From: an uncultured Methanoregulaceae archaeon
GTDB taxonomy: Archaea; Halobacteriota; Methanomicrobia; Methanomicrobiales; Methanospirillaceae
Direction of reading: 5' to 3'
Assembly: GCA_963841015.1 (NCBI GenBank)
Contig: CAWJAX010000002.1
Span: forward strand, 224,001 to 288,000
Length of the DNA: 64,000 nt
Within the stretch, counting starts at the first letter, position 1. Every line of letters begins with the position of its first letter. Positions 9,627 through 19,649 of the stretch are shown here, in pieces. The position numbers and the translations under genes are program-made. The notes beneath the pieces were generated by a model that had not been told where the DNA came from, searched no databases, and saw nothing but the letters and a program-made list of their open reading frames with translations.

Positions 9627-11732
9627 ATGCCAGAAACATCCGGAAACCGTTCCTCTTGTACGCTTGTACCGGCCATCTATCAGCGGGCGATAATCGATGC
9701 CGTCGTTAAACTCGATCCACGTCTGATGATCAGGAATCCGGTTATGTTCGTTGTTGAAGCTGGCAGCGCACTTACCACTCTGCTCTGGCTCCAGGCGCTT
9801 TTTGGAAAAGGCGAAGCTCCTGCCGGATTCATTGGTGCCATTTCAGCGTGGCTCTGGTTCACCGTTCTCTTTGCCAACTTTGCTGAGGCACTTGCGGAAG
9901 GACGGGGCAAAGCACAGGCTGAATCCCTGCGGAAGATGCGGCAGGACACGAGTGCAAAAAAGCTCTATCTTGGGTATGAAGTAGTAAAAGGCAGGGAACC
10001 CGTTCCTTCAGATTATCTGATTGTTTCTTCATCAACACTTCACCGGAGCGATCTTTTTTATGTAAAAGCCGGGGATACCATTCCGGTTGATGGTGATGTA
10101 ATCCAGGGCATCGCATCAGTAAACGAGAGTGCGATCACCGGAGAAAGTGCGCCGGTCATCAGAGAATCCGGTGGCGACCGGAGCGCTGTGACCGGAGGAA
10201 CGGTCGTGCTTTCGGACTGGCTCATTATCCAGGCAAGTGCGAATGCCGGTGAAGGGTTCCTCGACCACATGATCAGCCTTGTTGAAGGTGCGAAACGACA
10301 GAAGACACCAAACGAGGTTGCGCTGAATATCCTTCTCATCGGACTGACGGTAGTATTTCTCGTAGTCTGTGCAACGCTGTGGGCATTCTCCCTTTATAGT
10401 GTGAAAGTTGCAGGTTTTGGTTCACCCGTCACCATCACGGTCCTTGTCGCGCTGCTTGTCTGTCTGGCACCGACTACTATAGGTGGTCTGCTCAGTGCGA
10501 TCGGTATTGCCGGGATGGACCGCCTTATCCGCCGGAACGTCATCACCACTTCGGGGAGGGCGATCGAAGCAGCAGGTGACGTTGATGTTCTTCTGCTTGA
10601 CAAGACCGGGACAATTACCCTTGGTAACCGCCAGGCTGTCGATCTCATCAAGGTTGACGGAACGGTGATGCTGGACCTTGCGGATACCGCTCAGCTGGCA
10701 TCACTTGCAGATGAGACTCCCGAAGGGCGCAGCATTGTTGTGCTGGTAAAAGAAAAATACGGTCTTCGCGGAAGAACCGTAGGGGCATCAGAGTCCGGTA
10801 CGGGAATGGAGTTTATCCCGTTTTCGAGCCAGACCCGTATGAGTGGTGTCGACTTTAATGATGTCCATATACGGAAGGGTGCTGCAGATGTGATGTTCAA
10901 ATATATCGAAACGAGCGGCAATGTGGTGTCAGAAGCCCTGAGAAAAGAAGTCGAAAAGATCTCGCTTGCCGGGGGAACACCTCTCGTGGTAACGAAGAAT
11001 GGCAAAGCGTATGGCGTCATTCACTTGAAAGATATCGTGAAGGGGGGCATCAGGGAGCGGTTTATCCAGCTCAGGAAGATGGGCATCAGAACGGTCATGA
11101 TCACCGGTGACAACCGTCTCACCGCAGCGACAATTGCGGCAGAAGCCGGAGTTGATGATTTCCTCGCGGAGGCGACACCGGAGAGCAAGCTGAACCTCAT
11201 CCGTGAATACCAGACTGGCGGGCGTATGGTGGCGATGACAGGTGACGGGACGAATGATGCCCCGGCACTTGCGCAGGCCGATGTTGCAGTTGCCATGAAC
11301 ACCGGGACGCAACCTGCACGCGAAGCGGCAAATATGATCGATCTGGACAGTAACCCGACTAAGTTGATCGAGATTGTAGAGATTGGGAAACAACTCCTCA
11401 TGACACGGGGAGCACTGACTACGTTTTCGATTGCAAACGATCTTGCAAAATATTTTGTCATCATCCCGGCTGCGTTCATTATGATCTATCCTGCCTTATC
11501 CGCACTGAATATTCTGGGCCTCCATAATGCTATCCTGTCAGCGGTGATCTTTAATGCATTAATTATTGTTGCCCTTATCCCGCTCGCGCTTCATGGGGTA
11601 ACGTACCGCCCGATGACGGCTGAGGTTGCCCTGCGGAATAATATCATTCTGTATGGAATAGGTGGTATCATAGCCCCGTTTATTGGCATAAAGATTATCG
11701 ACATGACGCTCGTACTGATGGGTGTGGGGTGA
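9627..11732 (+). CDS. kdpB: K+-transporting P-type ATPase subunit B
   Basis: TGESAPV, DKTGT phosphorylation motif, [29 protein letters not shown]. Confidence 0.97.
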   Translation: MPETSGNRSSCTLVPAIYQRAIIDAVVKLDPRLMIRNPVMFVVEAGSALTTLLWLQALFGKGEAPAGFIGAISAWLWFTVLFANFAEALAEGRGKAQAESLRKMRQDTSAKKLYLGYEVVKGREPVPSDYLIVSSSTLHRSDLFYVKAGDTIPVDGDVIQGIASVNESAITGESAPVIRESGGDRSAVTGGTVVLSDWLIIQASANAGEGFLDHMISLVEGAKRQKTPNEVALNILLIGLTVVFLVVCATLWAFSLYSVKVAGFGSPVTITVLVALLVCLAPTTIGGLLSAIGIAGMDRLIRRNVITTSGRAIEAAGDVDVLLLDKTGTITLGNRQAVDLIKVDGTVMLDLADTAQLASLADETPEGRSIVVLVKEKYGLRGRTVGASESGTGMEFIPFSSQTRMSGVDFNDVHIRKGAADVMFKYIETSGNVVSEALRKEVEKISLAGGTPLVVTKNGKAYGVIHLKDIVKGGIRERFIQLRKMGIRTVMITGDNRLTAATIAAEAGVDDFLAEATPESKLNLIREYQTGGRMVAMTGDGTNDAPALAQADVAVAMNTGTQPAREAANMIDLDSNPTKLIEIVEIGKQLLMTRGALTTFSIANDLAKYFVIIPAAFIMIYPALSALNILGLHNAILSAVIFNALIIVALIPLALHGVTYRPMTAEVALRNNIILYGIGGIIAPFIGIKIIDMTLVLMGVG

Positions 11733-11741
11733 TCTGGTCAC

Positions 11742-13712
11742 ATGGTCATTGTTCCTGAACATCGTCCTGATCCTGATATCCTCCTTGCCCGGGTGCAGAA
11801 TGAAGAACGAACAAAAAACCGGGGCAAGCTGAAAATATTTCTCGGGTATATTGCAGGTGTCGGGAAGACGTATGAAATGCTCCAGTCAGCACACCTCCGG
11901 CGCTCAGAAGGAATTGATGTCCGGATCGGATATGTAGAGACCCACGGCAGGCCTGAGACAGAAGCACTACTCGACGGGCTTACGCTTATTCCCCGGAAGA
12001 TGCTGGAGTACCGGGAGGTCACACTCCCGGAATTTGACCTCGATACAACTCTTTTGCTCCATCCATCGCTCGTGCTGGTCGATGAACTCGCACACACGAA
12101 TGTTCCCGGTTCCCGGCATACGAAACGTTACCAGGATGTTGAAGAACTGCTTGACGCCGGGATTGATGTCTATACAACGCTGAATGTCCAGCATATCGAG
12201 AGTCTCAATGATGTTGTAGCCCAGATAACGGGTATTGTTGTCCGTGAAACAGTTCCTGACCGGGTTATCGATGAAGCGTCCGAAATCGAAGTTGTCGATC
12301 TCACCCCGTCTGAGCTTCTCCAGAGATTGCGGGAAGGGAAAGTCTATGTCCCTGATATGGCAGCCAGGGCAATCGAGCAGTTCTTCAACGAGGGAAACCT
12401 CTACGCACTGCGTGAACTTACCCTCCGTCGTGCAGCAGAGCGAATCGATGAGCAGATGCTTGCTTATATGCAGACCCGGGCGATTCCGGGGCCATGGGCT
12501 GCCGGAGAGCATATCCTGGTCTCGATTGGCTCGGGTCCGTTATCCGAGCGACTGGTAAGAACGGCAAGAAGGCAGGCTGACCGCATGGGAGCCCAGTGGA
12601 CTGCAATTTACATTGAAACTCCGGCCCACTACCGTCTTTCAAAAGAAGCAAAGGAGCAGCTGACCCGGACCTTACAACTTGCTGAAAAACTGGGAGCGAC
12701 TGCGGTTACCCAGTTTGGGCTTAACATTGCAACAACCGTGATCGATTATGCACGACGGCACAACATTACCCGCATCATCATCGGGAAAACACTCCGACCC
12801 CGGTGGCAGGAGTATGTTTTTGGGTCCGTTGTCGATCAACTCATCCACTACAGTGGTAGTATTGATATCTATGTTATCAGCAGCAGTGAACATATTCCAC
12901 AAAAAATTGGTGATCTGGATTTCCTTCTTCCGGTGACCCTTCCCCGGGATTACCTCGCATGCATCGGACTTGTCGGTGTCATTACCCTTGTTGGCTGGCT
13001 GGTAAAGTCGTTTATCTCCCCGACAAATCTCGCAATGCTTTACCTCCTTGCGGTTGTGGTCATTGCATTCAGGAAAGGATTGCGACCTGCAATTTTTACG
13101 GCAATTATCGGTGTTCTTGCGTTTGATTTCTTTTTTATTCCGCCTCACCTCACGTTCAGGGTGAGTGATACCGAATACCTCATCACCTTTGCAGGTATGA
13201 TTATAGTCGGTGCCCTGATCAGCCTGCTGGTAACCAGAGCGCGTGAACATGCCTACGCTGCTCAGGCGCGGGAGAATGAGACCGGGACACTGTATGCTCT
13301 TTCGCAGGACCTTGCTGTTGCAGCCGATGCCGGATCGATCATTTCTGCGGTTACCCGGCACATCCACGAAATATTTCACTGGGAAAGCGTGGTCCTTCTT
13401 CCGGACAAGGAACATCTTACCGTACATCCCTCAGATTCCGGGCTGGTACTGGATGCAGATGATATCGCAGTGGCAACATGGGCTTTCCAGCATACAAGTA
13501 TTGCCGGGTATGACACTGACACCCTCCATGGATCCCGGCTCAGATATATCCCGCTTCAGAGTTCCGATAAGGTAATCGGGATACTGGGTGTGAAACCTGC
13601 CGATCCGGAGGGAGTTATTACTCATGAACAGGAGCGAATCCTCACGGCTTTCGCCAACCAGATGGCTCTTGCTCTTGAACGGGTGAATCTGGTCAGAATT
13701 TCTAAAGTATAG
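11742..13712 (+). CDS. kdpD: KdpD-like sensor (KdpD N-terminal domain, USP, 4-TM DUF4118, GAF) lacking HisKA/HATPase
   Basis: RPDPD..L, GYIAGVGKTYEML Walker A, LVDELAHTN, TTLNVQHIESLND; ends after GAF helix (ALALERVNL..*). Confidence 0.9.
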   Translation: MVIVPEHRPDPDILLARVQNEERTKNRGKLKIFLGYIAGVGKTYEMLQSAHLRRSEGIDVRIGYVETHGRPETEALLDGLTLIPRKMLEYREVTLPEFDLDTTLLLHPSLVLVDELAHTNVPGSRHTKRYQDVEELLDAGIDVYTTLNVQHIESLNDVVAQITGIVVRETVPDRVIDEASEIEVVDLTPSELLQRLREGKVYVPDMAARAIEQFFNEGNLYALRELTLRRAAERIDEQMLAYMQTRAIPGPWAAGEHILVSIGSGPLSERLVRTARRQADRMGAQWTAIYIETPAHYRLSKEAKEQLTRTLQLAEKLGATAVTQFGLNIATTVIDYARRHNITRIIIGKTLRPRWQEYVFGSVVDQLIHYSGSIDIYVISSSEHIPQKIGDLDFLLPVTLPRDYLACIGLVGVITLVGWLVKSFISPTNLAMLYLLAVVVIAFRKGLRPAIFTAIIGVLAFDFFFIPPHLTFRVSDTEYLITFAGMIIVGALISLLVTRAREHAYAAQARENETGTLYALSQDLAVAADAGSIISAVTRHIHEIFHWESVVLLPDKEHLTVHPSDSGLVLDADDIAVATWAFQHTSIAGYDTDTLHGSRLRYIPLQSSDKVIGILGVKPADPEGVITHEQERILTAFANQMALALERVNLVRISKV

Positions 13713-13804
13713 AAAAAATATTTTTTATAAATCCTCCAATTTCCTCATTCTCTGATAACCGATGAGATTTTTCTGTCTCCCTTTGAGGTATTTCTCACTC
13801 GTAA

Positions 13805-13962
13805 GACACTGATAAGTCAGCGCTGCTCTGCGTCCAGGGATTGACTCAATTGAGCGCCGGGAAGGAGTCTAATCACCAGGAACGAACACGATGTGACGTT
13901 GGCAGCAGGAGCGGACTGGAGCAGCCGCTGGCTCAGGAGTATCACGATAAGCCAGGGGTGTC
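13805..13962 (+). ncRNA. Candidate structured RNA (long stem with branched apex)
   Basis: No credible ORF; GACACT/GGTGTC, TGATA/TATCA, 14-bp AGTCAGCGCTGCTC/GAGCAGCCGCTGGCT, GATTGACTC/GAGTCTAATC. Confidence 0.4.
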
Positions 13963-14019
13963 ATTAAACAAAGAGAGAGAAAAAGATTTCGTGCACGAAA
14001 CTATCAACAGACCCGGGAA

Positions 14020-14389
14020 TTATCCTTTATAGCGATGGTATTTCAGTTGGGGTAATCCGCTCATATACATGGAATCTTCGAAGGAATCGTACATCCAGTC
14101 AGTAGTTTCACCTTTAATGGATTGCAATGTATAGAGGCCAGGTTCTTTTTTTGTCCACGTACCATTATCTGTTGTTTCCCCGCGATTCAAAAAGAAATTC
14201 GTAGCAAAAAATGTGTGGTTTTCATAAAAGATGATGTGCCGGTCTGATGCCGGCAACTCTCCACCGATCCACTGGCCGAGGATGGGTTCGGGAGTGTTGC
14301 TAAGAATATGCATGCCCGGTAGACTGGACGCACCCTGCTATGAGTATTGAACAGAAAACAACCACAGAAATAATGCCCCATGATTGCAT
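14020..14389 (-). CDS. Lipoprotein, hypothetical (apparent frameshift near 14320)
   Basis: MQSWGIISVVVFCSILIAGC lipobox joins the 14313-14020 ORF (PEPILGQW..GTW) if one base is removed. Confidence 0.7.
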
Positions 14390-14444
14390 ACCTGAGATTG
14401 AATAGTTCTGACACGTTTAAGCTTTCCTATATCATGAGTACCAG

Positions 14445-14720
14445 GTGAAGGTGCGCTCAGTGTTTCGTTCAATTTCGATCCCGCGCCGACGCGTTCGGTG
14501 GCAGCGAATGACTACGGTTAAACAGTGACGAACCACACCAAAGCAGGCAATGCGAGGGATCGTCTGGCATCATCGTTCTGACAGAACAATCCGGAAAATC
14601 CAAGGGAGCATCTGTGAGTGGAGTGGAACGGAGGCAATGCGCGAACTGGCCGCAGCAGACATACCGTCGTAACCGATCTTCATGCTGGAAAAGGATCATT
14701 GAGATGACCTCATGGTTGAA
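14445..14720 (+). ncRNA. Candidate large structured RNA
   Basis: No credible ORF; nested long-range pairings TCAAT/ATTGA, GATCC/GGATC, CAGC-ATGA/TCATGCTG, CGGTTA/TAACCG, GACG/CGTC, GTCTG/CAGAC plus local hairpins. Confidence 0.4.
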
Positions 14721-14865
14721 TCAAATAAAAATTAACAGCTGCCTGACCTCGGTTTAAATTCCCGCTCACAAAGATCGGGTGCTTACCGATATTTGTAATT
14801 TCCTGGAAGATGAACTCCGGATTGCGATTTGAGTATTACCGGTTACCGTTACGGGAATGCCCGGA

Positions 14866-15729
14866 TCACCGGAAATAATCCACAACATTCCGGAACAGCT
14901 GCATATTCATCGACTCTGAGGGGAGTGCCAGCCCCTCGCGTTTCATCTGTTCCTTCCGGAGCGGCCAGTCATAGAGGTTAACAAACTCCATTGCCCGCTC
15001 CGGATGCGGCATCAGGCCCAGCACCTTGCCATCCGCAGACGTTATACCGGCAATATCTTCTACCGAACCGTTGGGGTTGTAAGGGTATTTCCCCTCGGCA
15101 GGGCTCAGGTCATCACGGCAGTAGGTAAACGTGATCATCTTCTGGCGTTTCAGGCGCAGCAGGGTTTCTTTTGAACAGGAGAAATTACCCTCCCCGTGGG
15201 CGACCGGGCACCAGAGTTTTGTGATGTTCCGGGTCCAGAGATTGTCAGCTGCAGGTTTCAGGGTCACAAACCTGCATTCCAGTCTCCCGCCACGGTTGGG
15301 CATCAGGGCAATACCCCGGGTGTAGTGCTTGTCGAACGCCGGGACAAGCCCGAGGTTTGCCAGTATCTGGAACCCGTTGCAGATCCCCAGCACCAGGTTA
15401 TCGCCGTCAAGAAACTCCCGGAGATCTTCCCAGAGATTGTTGCGGACCCGGTTTGCATACGCATTGCCGGCACCGGTGTCATCGCCATAGGAAAAACCGC
15501 CGGGGAAGACCAGGAGCCGGTAGTCTGAGAGCCGGTTCCGTCCCGCGATCAGGTCATTGATGTGGATGATGTCTGACGCCATGCCCGCCCGGGCGAGCAC
15601 TTCCTGCGTCTCCATCTCGGAATTGATCCCAAAGCCACTCATGATAAGGGCTTTTTCAGGAATCCTTTCCTGCACGGCCGTTAACTTCACCGTAGCCATG
15701 CGTTTTATCGTCCTGGGGGAAACTGTCAT
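14866..15729 (-). CDS. purQ: FGAM synthase glutamine amidotransferase subunit PurQ
   Basis: PGGFSYGD, LGICNGFQIL (catalytic Cys), VAHGEG, NPNGS, GLMPHPER. Confidence 0.95.
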   Translation of the reverse strand: MTVSPRTIKRMATVKLTAVQERIPEKALIMSGFGINSEMETQEVLARAGMASDIIHINDLIAGRNRLSDYRLLVFPGGFSYGDDTGAGNAYANRVRNNLWEDLREFLDGDNLVLGICNGFQILANLGLVPAFDKHYTRGIALMPNRGGRLECRFVTLKPAADNLWTRNITKLWCPVAHGEGNFSCSKETLLRLKRQKMITFTYCRDDLSPAEGKYPYNPNGSVEDIAGITSADGKVLGLMPHPERAMEFVNLYDWPLRKEQMKREGLALPSESMNMQLFRNVVDYFR

Positions 15730-15730
15730 G

Positions 15731-18673
15731 TCAGTACCCCCTGAACGGTGCCTTGTAGGCGCCTTCGAGTTCATCGACAGGCAGGTCCAGCAGGAGCTGG
15801 TGGGAGGTTATCCGCAGGGTCCTGCCACTCACCCGTCCGAGCAGGATCGCATCAGGTCCGGCGATCAGTTCGAACGCACGCTTGTGGTGCGGTGCAACCG
15901 TGACCACAAACCTGCCGAGCGACTCGGAAAAGAGGTAATAATCAGGCCGCATCTCCCCGGGGATGGTGAGATCCATGCCGAGCCTTCCGGCGATTGCAAT
16001 CTTTGCAAGGGCAGTCCCAAGACCCCCGTGACCGACAGGGTAGGCTGAAGCCACAAGTTCACGGGAGATGGCTTCGGTGAGCCGATGGTAGCGCTCGATT
16101 ACCATTGCAGTGTCAAGCGCCGGAACGGTATTGCCAATTCCCCCGAGATGGGCAAAATACTCCGAACCGCCCAGTTCCTCGTGGGTATCCCCGATCACGT
16201 ACACAAGGTCACCCGCTATCTTGGCATCCAGGGACACTGCCCTGATCACCTCCGGGTGAATCCCGATGGAGGAGATGAGGAGGGTCGGGGGTACGGAGAC
16301 CTTTACCCGGTTATTCTGCGCATCAAACCCGGAGAAATCATTGTACATGCTGTCCTTACCGGAGATAAACGGCGTGCCAAACGCGGTGGCAGTATCATAG
16401 CATGCCTGTGCCGCGAGCTTCAGCTGCCCGAGGCGTTCCGGTTCATCTGAGGAGCACCAGCAGAAATTATCAAGGATCGCCATGGTATCCAGCGGAACAC
16501 CTGTCGCGATCAGCCCCCGGATTGCCATATCAATCCCGGCCGCAGCCATGCGGTAGGGATCAAGCTCTGCGTACGAGGGAAATAATCCCTGAGATAATCC
16601 GACACCCTTTTTCGAACCAGGTACGACCTTTGTCAGCGTTGCTTCTGACTGCACCCGGCCGATACCCTGTACCGGGCCCAGCACATGACCTCCCTGCACC
16701 GTATGGTCGTACTGGAGGGAGATGAACTCTTTTGAGCAGAGGTTTTTCCTCCTGAGCATCGCAAGCATCGTTGCATCAAGCCGGTCCGGGCAGGGGGTAT
16801 CCGGCTCGGGAAACGTTTTTTTCGAATAGCTTGTCTTTAAGTGTTTTTTCGGCAGGCCGTTATGCAGGAAGTCAAGCCCGATATCCATCACCACGCTGCC
16901 ATGGCATTCGACAACGCACCTGCCGGAATCAGTAAACGTGCCAATAACGGTTGCTTCGACTTCCCGCCGCTCCATCAGCTCCATGAACGCGTCAAGTCGC
17001 TCCGGCGGGATGGCTAAGGTCATCCGCTCCTGCGATTCCGAGATCCAGACTTCCCAGGGTGCCATGCCGTGATACTTCAGGGGCACCCGGTCAAGATACA
17101 CGTGGCAGCCATTGCACTCCTTTGCCATCTCGGCGACCGAACAGGAGATCCCCCCCGCTCCGTTATCCGTGATGCTGCGGTACAGGCCAAGGTCCCGGGC
17201 CTCCTTGACGATCACATCGGAAAACTTCTTCTGGGTGATCGGGTCGCCGATCTGGACAGCGGTGACCGGGCTTTGCGGGTCTAAGGCTTCTGAAGAGAAG
17301 GTGGCGCCGTGGATGCCATCCTTGCCCACACGCCCTCCGGCCATCACGACCAGATCGCCAGGCTGCGCCTGTTTCTCGTAGAGTTTCCTGCCGTCCTGTT
17401 CCAGCGGCATCACACCGACCGTACCGGCAAATACGAGTGGTTTACCCCCGTAGCGTTTGTCGAACCAGCACCACCCCTGCGGTGTGGGGATACCCGAACA
17501 GTTGCCCCCGACACCAACACCCCGGACAACACCGTCAAGGATCTGGCGGGGGGAGAGGATCGGGTTTGTGCAGTCTTTTCCCCGGAAAAGGACCGGCTCA
17601 GCATCCAGGTCACCAACACAGTACCCATAGACATTGATGCAGGGTTTTGCCCCGAGCCCAAAGCCTATCGTATCCCGGTTCACCCCGACAATGCCGGTCA
17701 GGGCGCCGCCAAAGGGATCAAGGGCGGAAGGGGAGTTGTGGGTTTCGACCTTGTGGGTCACCAGGTAGTGGTCATCAAAGATGATGGCGCCGGAATTATC
17801 CGTAAACACGGTCACGCAGATGTCGTTGTCCCCTTTCTCATGGCGGATGGCATTGGTGGCCGCCTGGATATAGGTCTTATAGAGCCCGTCGGGGACATCA
17901 TCGTCCATGGGAGATGCAAAGATCGTGTGCTTGCAGTGCTCGCTCCAGGTCTGGGCAAGGGATTCGATCTCCACATCAGTCGGTTTCCTGCCGTTTCTGG
18001 AGAAATAGTCACGGATCGTGTGCAGCTGGGCAAGGTCAAGCGCAAGCGGCCCCCGCCTCTGGCCGGTCAGGGGATCGCGAATCCCCTCTTTTCCAAGTGT
18101 TGTGAGTTCAGCATCATCAAGATCAAGATCAACCGTTTCTGCTGTTGGCAGTTCATGCAGGCAGACAAGGGGAACGACCGGATCCATACCTTTGCTCCCG
18201 TATTCCTGCCGGGTTTTGATAAGGACCCGGTTTACGAGGGGATTTGCGAGCGTTGAGGCAAGTTTTTGCAGGGCTGCAGCCGTGAGGTTCCCGCAGACAA
18301 AGAAAAGCTGCGACGTATATACTGCTTCTCCTTCGCAGAACGTCATGGCAAAATAATCTTCAATCGTCTGGCGGGCAGTTGCACCAACATTATCGGTCAC
18401 CCCCGGCAGGAATCCGACTTCAATGGCGTAATCAAACACTGCGCCTGTGGCCTTGTCCACCGTATATTTCTGGACCACGGGATTGATGAGCAGCCCGCCA
18501 ATCTGCGAGAGCTCATTTGGGGTAAAATCCCGGGAACTGGTTGCCAGGGTATAGACATCGATGAGGTGGAGGGAGTCGACCGGGAAGCCTAACGAACGAA
18601 TCCTGTCGGTCCTGACAGTCAGCCGTGGATCGATGGTATAGTGAACTTCTATCCGGTGGACGTAAGAAGTCAT
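15731..18673 (-). CDS. purL: FGAM synthase PurL, 980 aa with N-terminal PurS-like extension
   Basis: QTWSEHCKH, KVETHNSPS, DGIHGATFSS, DNGAGG, SESQERM, ISGKDS; N-terminal LINPVVQ and FLPGVTDN. Confidence 0.95.
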   Translation of the reverse strand: MTSYVHRIEVHYTIDPRLTVRTDRIRSLGFPVDSLHLIDVYTLATSSRDFTPNELSQIGGLLINPVVQKYTVDKATGAVFDYAIEVGFLPGVTDNVGATARQTIEDYFAMTFCEGEAVYTSQLFFVCGNLTAAALQKLASTLANPLVNRVLIKTRQEYGSKGMDPVVPLVCLHELPTAETVDLDLDDAELTTLGKEGIRDPLTGQRRGPLALDLAQLHTIRDYFSRNGRKPTDVEIESLAQTWSEHCKHTIFASPMDDDVPDGLYKTYIQAATNAIRHEKGDNDICVTVFTDNSGAIIFDDHYLVTHKVETHNSPSALDPFGGALTGIVGVNRDTIGFGLGAKPCINVYGYCVGDLDAEPVLFRGKDCTNPILSPRQILDGVVRGVGVGGNCSGIPTPQGWCWFDKRYGGKPLVFAGTVGVMPLEQDGRKLYEKQAQPGDLVVMAGGRVGKDGIHGATFSSEALDPQSPVTAVQIGDPITQKKFSDVIVKEARDLGLYRSITDNGAGGISCSVAEMAKECNGCHVYLDRVPLKYHGMAPWEVWISESQERMTLAIPPERLDAFMELMERREVEATVIGTFTDSGRCVVECHGSVVMDIGLDFLHNGLPKKHLKTSYSKKTFPEPDTPCPDRLDATMLAMLRRKNLCSKEFISLQYDHTVQGGHVLGPVQGIGRVQSEATLTKVVPGSKKGVGLSQGLFPSYAELDPYRMAAAGIDMAIRGLIATGVPLDTMAILDNFCWCSSDEPERLGQLKLAAQACYDTATAFGTPFISGKDSMYNDFSGFDAQNNRVKVSVPPTLLISSIGIHPEVIRAVSLDAKIAGDLVYVIGDTHEELGGSEYFAHLGGIGNTVPALDTAMVIERYHRLTEAISRELVASAYPVGHGGLGTALAKIAIAGRLGMDLTIPGEMRPDYYLFSESLGRFVVTVAPHHKRAFELIAGPDAILLGRVSGRTLRITSHQLLLDLPVDELEGAYKAPFRGY

Positions 18674-18767
18674 GTGTACTGATTATACCTGAACCATCAA
18701 AATAGCTCTGTGTTTCATGATCAGGGCAAAAGGTGACTCTGGAGAAATATTCAATACCAATAAAAAA

Positions 18768-18851
18768 CGCTCACGGGAGCTTCACCCCCGCCACTGGTCT
18801 CTCAATGTGATACGTACAAAACAGGCAGGATCTCATCATCGTTTCAGTGCA
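18768..18851 (+). repeat. Interspersed hairpin repeat, copy A (5' part)
   Basis: CGCTCACGGGAGCTTCACCCCCGCC...TCATCATCG matches the reverse complement of 37538-37460 and 41095-41150. Confidence 0.7.
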
Positions 18852-18967
18852 TGACAGTAATGAAGGAAAGTCACGGTCTCCTCAATCATCGTATCCATCC
18901 TTAGAATCTCAAAATAAAGAAAAATAATTCACGGGAGCCAAAAAAAGGAGAACCTGATCAGAGTCCG

Positions 18968-19225
18968 TTACCAGGTAACCTTCAGCGCATCTTCAAGTTT
19001 CATTATCGGACTCACATGGGCAATACCAAATCCGCTGAATGGCCCGACGATTTTAATCAATGCCTCTTCATCCGGCGCATCAAATATCGCAACCGATGTG
19101 TGCCTGCCAATAAGGAGGTACCGGTTGATGAGCTTTACATCCTGGGGATACTTGAAGTGCTTCCAGAGCTCGATCACCTTGTGGGTATTTTCCGGTCCGA
19201 ATTTAAACCAAAGAATAAACAGCAT
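18968..19225 (-). CDS. Small DUF3303/GYD-like ferredoxin-fold protein
   Basis: 85 aa, GAGGTGA site; pattern MLFILWFKF..VAIFDAPDEEAL..HVSPIM. Confidence 0.7.
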   Translation of the reverse strand: MLFILWFKFGPENTHKVIELWKHFKYPQDVKLINRYLLIGRHTSVAIFDAPDEEALIKIVGPFSGFGIAHVSPIMKLEDALKVTW

Positions 19226-19649
19226 ATCGCATCACCTCACTCATCTGACTACCCCGTCTGCCCTGAATTGCGCGAACGGATACGCGGGGGAACAAAGAAA
19301 AAGCATGACACTGTTTCAGGACATTGACAGGTAATTATTATTCGATCTGATATATTTTTCGCAACAGGAAAAACCGGACACTTTTTTTATGGTTTTTCTT
19401 AAATCCCGCCGGATAATTCCCAACGGTAAGATCACGAAAAAGGGAGCACGAGAGGGATAGTACGATCAACTCCTTTTTTGGCAGTCTAAAAAAAATAGAC
19501 ATTCAGCACATCCACGATATGATATTCTCCGGGCAGCCATGGCTGGATACCATTATATAATGTAAGAAGTATGTATTGACTTGAATACGATTATTTCCGT
19601 TTCACCATTGTACACTACACGATCGTATCGCAGACCCGCGGTGTGAACT

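Noticed and set aside
13710-13730. Pyrrolysine read-through of the kdpD TAG to reach a kinase domain
   Set aside because: In-frame TAA follows six codons later and no kinase motifs lie downstream
17309-18256. Long antisense ORFs (also 12672-13427, 31351-32145, 47178-48032, 52050-52685)
   Set aside because: They shadow well-supported genes on the opposite strand and carry no recognisable motifs
19261-19295. CTGAAT...CGGGGGAAC resembling the 5' half of a c-di-AMP (ydaO) riboswitch
   Set aside because: The 3' half of the motif is absent and it lies antisense to the leader of the adjacent gene
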